DNA of 64,000 nucleotides from Escherichia coli 042 (GTDB lineage Bacteria; Pseudomonadota; Gammaproteobacteria; Enterobacterales; Enterobacteriaceae): NCBI RefSeq assembly GCF_000027125.1, contig NC_017626.1; one strand, 5' to 3'. Shown piece by piece: positions 61,345 to 64,000 of this stretch (position 1 is its first letter; each line of letters starts with the position of its first letter). The notes under the pieces were generated by a model. It saw only the letters and a program-made list of their open reading frames with translations, ran no database searches and was not told where the DNA came from. The position numbers and the translations under genes were made by a program.

Positions 61345-61755
61345 ATGGATCAGGTAGTCATTTTTAAACAAATATTTGATAAAGTTCGAAACGATTTAAA
61401 CTATCAATGGTTTTATTCTGAGCTAAAACGTCACAATGTCTCACATTACATTTACTATTTAGCCACAGAGAATGTTCATATTGTATTAAAAAATGATAAT
61501 ACAGTGTTATTAAAGGGCCTAAAAAACATTGTGTCTGTCAAATTTTCAAAGGATAGGCATCTTATAGAAACGACCTCTAATAAGCTGAAATCCAGAGAGA
61601 TCACATTTCAGGAATACAGAAGAAACCTTGCTAAAGCAGGAGTTTTTCGGTGGGTTACAAATATCCACGAACAAAAAAGATATTACTATACCTTTGATAA
61701 TTCATTACTATTTACTGAAAGCATCCAGAAAACTACACAGATCTTACCACGCTAA
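61345..61755 (+). CDS. ydfO: DUF1398-family protein
   Basis: 136 aa from [24 protein letters not shown]...; 57 nt downstream of ynfO on the same strand. Confidence 0.75.
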
Positions 61756-61906
61756 ACCATAACGTCCGGCTTCTCTCACTCCTGAGCCGGACTGCATTGG
61801 TTTAATAAAAACCATCAACAATTGTGATTTAGATATTCGGAACCATTCAAATATAACAAAACCCCGTAAAAACGAGGTTTATGGATAAATTTTATTATTG
61901 AATACA

Positions 61907-62080
61907 TCAGATTAAATTAATCTTGACATCATAGCTTTCAAGACCCGTCATTTTTTCCCGTGCGGTAAACTGAATACTGGTAACTTCTTTCCCGGTCTTT
62001 TTCTTAAGTTCAATAATTTTTTTTGTTATATATTCAGAAATATCTGCTTCTGCTTTTGTTTTTAAGTTTTCAATATTCAT
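61907..62080 (-). CDS. gnsB: GnsA/GnsB-family small protein
   Basis: 57-aa ORF MNIENLKTKAEADISEYITKKIIELKKKTGKEVTSIQFTAREKMTGLESYDVKINLI. Confidence 0.8.
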   Translation of the reverse strand: MNIENLKTKAEADISEYITKKIIELKKKTGKEVTSIQFTAREKMTGLESYDVKINLI

Positions 62081-62251
62081 CATTTCCTCTTTTAGTCTGT
62101 TATGACTTTCCAGTTACACAGTAAGTCGATTATATGGTGCAAACGTGTAAAAGATAAGATGAAACATCGCAATAATCAACATACGATAGTCTAAATTTTA
62201 CACAAACAGACAAAGAGAATTTTCCTGAATTATCAATGCAATAGCATCAAA

Positions 62252-62404
62252 TTAACTCAAGAGCCTTATTGCTGCTTCCAGAATTTCTTCTGAAGTAACA
62301 TGTCGATCCGCGGCTACATAAATGACTTTATGATCTCCGGTCAGAGATGGAAACCCTGCGGCCATTACAGTAAGGTGTGTTTTTTCGCCATTTGGATATT
62401 CACG
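62252..62404 (-). CDS. ynfN: Small prophage protein (51 aa as in the K-12 annotation; the ORF can extend to 62479 giving 76 aa)
   Basis: MREYPNGEKTHLTVMAAGFPSLTGDHKVIYVAADRHVTSEEILEAAIRLLS with GGAG upstream; an in-frame upstream Met (MKKIIVFFNSEPAVVVPAMTGVNTI) would add a beta-strand-like N-terminus. Confidence 0.6.
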   Translation of the reverse strand, partial: REYPNGEKTHLTVMAAGFPSLTGDHKVIYVAADRHVTSEEILEAAIRLLS

Positions 62405-62523
62405 CATGATGGTGTTAACTCCAGTCATCGCTGGCACTACCACTGCTGGTTCAGAGTTAAAAAAAACTATGATTTTTTTCATGATGTTACCGTAGTATGT
62501 GAGTATCCATCGAATAGACACCA

Positions 62524-62547
62524 AGCAAAAAAGCTCCCGAAGGAGCC
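62524..62547 (-). terminator. Rho-independent terminator downstream of cspI
   Basis: Minus-strand stem ggctcc/ggagc with loop ttcg, followed by TTTTTT. Confidence 0.55.
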
Positions 62548-62753
62548 TTCATTTTCACTTTTTTAAATCCAACGACAGACGGCTGGCATTTAAGTATTGT
62601 GAAATATTATCAAATGTAATCATCATTGATTTACAAAAGATACATTTTGCCCCGAAAGGATTCATGTCAGAAACATCAAAAGATGATGTTCTATACTGGG
62701 AACCATGACAACACGGGCATCTAAAGTGAATATGGTTTGTAATATTGTCTACC

Positions 62754-62966
62754 TCAAAGCGCCACTACATGAACAGCGGCAGGACCTTTAGGTCCGTTCT
62801 CAATACCAAATTCAACTTCCTGATTCTCAGTTAATGTTTTGAAATCGTTGCTCTGAATTGCTGAGAAATGGACAAACACATCTTTGCTGCCATCTTTCGG
62901 CGTGATGAAACCAAAACCTTTTTCAGGGTTAAACCATTTCACTAAACCAGTCATTGTGTTAGACAT
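62754..62966 (-). CDS. cspI: Cold shock protein (CspA family)
   Basis: 70-aa ORF with RNP1/RNP2 motifs (KGFGFI, VFVHF) and a long upstream 5' UTR typical of csp genes. Confidence 0.85.
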   Translation of the reverse strand: MSNTMTGLVKWFNPEKGFGFITPKDGSKDVFVHFSAIQSNDFKTLTENQEVEFGIENGPKGPAAVHVVAL

Positions 62967-63328
62967 AATTATTACCTTTTGAAGAAATTAGCCCTTGGGC
63001 AGAATGGTCCGAAAAAAAATATCAGAGAGAAAAACCAACAAGGAAATCTCAAGAGGTACAAATAATAAAATTATAACAATGACTGCTTCAGATAAATTTG
63101 TAACAAACCAGAACACCATTAACGCATGATTAACCACCCATAGCAAGGATTACTTTTGTAAAGAAAAACACAGCAATGAAAGAATAGCTTTATTTATTAA
63201 TAAAACGTGTCATTCTGATTAAGACCTTTTATCTTACCCTTAAGATTTCAGGAATTTTGGCTCATGGAAGAGTCCTTTTTATTTAAATTTTACATTCCGC
63301 GATGTAAATGTTCCGATTTAATATTACC

Positions 63329-64000
<672 letters not shown>

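Overview
The window reads as an Escherichia coli K-12-type chromosomal segment. About 1-35.6 kb is core chromosome: yneO autotransporter pseudogene, the lsrKR/lsrACDBFG autoinducer-2 locus, tam, yneE, uxaB, dgcF, yneG, glsB, sad, yneJ, yneK, ydeA, marC/marRAB, eamA, ydeE, mgtS, mgrR, dgcZ, ydeI, dcp, ydfG, ydfH, ydfZ, ydfI and a 5'-truncated ydfJ. From about 35.6 kb to the window end is one arm of a lambdoid prophage at the Qin position: ydfK, pinQ, tfaQ, a full-length side tail fibre, lom, then a complete lambda-type tail and head module (J I K L M H T G V U Z FII FI E D C B W A Nu1), a lambda-type cos site, the ynfO/ydfO/gnsB/ynfN/cspI moron cluster and the start of the lysis cassette (Rz/Rz1, lysozyme running off the window). 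No rRNA, tRNA, CRISPR array or IS element was recognised. I did not find a compelling, clearly undescribed multi-gene system. The most notable observations are two apparent inactivating lesions in otherwise lambda-like morphogenesis genes (a frameshift in tape-measure H and a stop at codon 3 of W), an Rz reading frame with no usable N-terminus, an orphan Pin invertase, an uncharacterised RHH + DUF1398 gene pair (ynfO-ydfO) beside cos, an apparent 1-nt insertion in mgtS, and apparent loss of most of ydeJ. All identifications rest on reading the translations and on remembered K-12 and lambda gene content; no database search was run.
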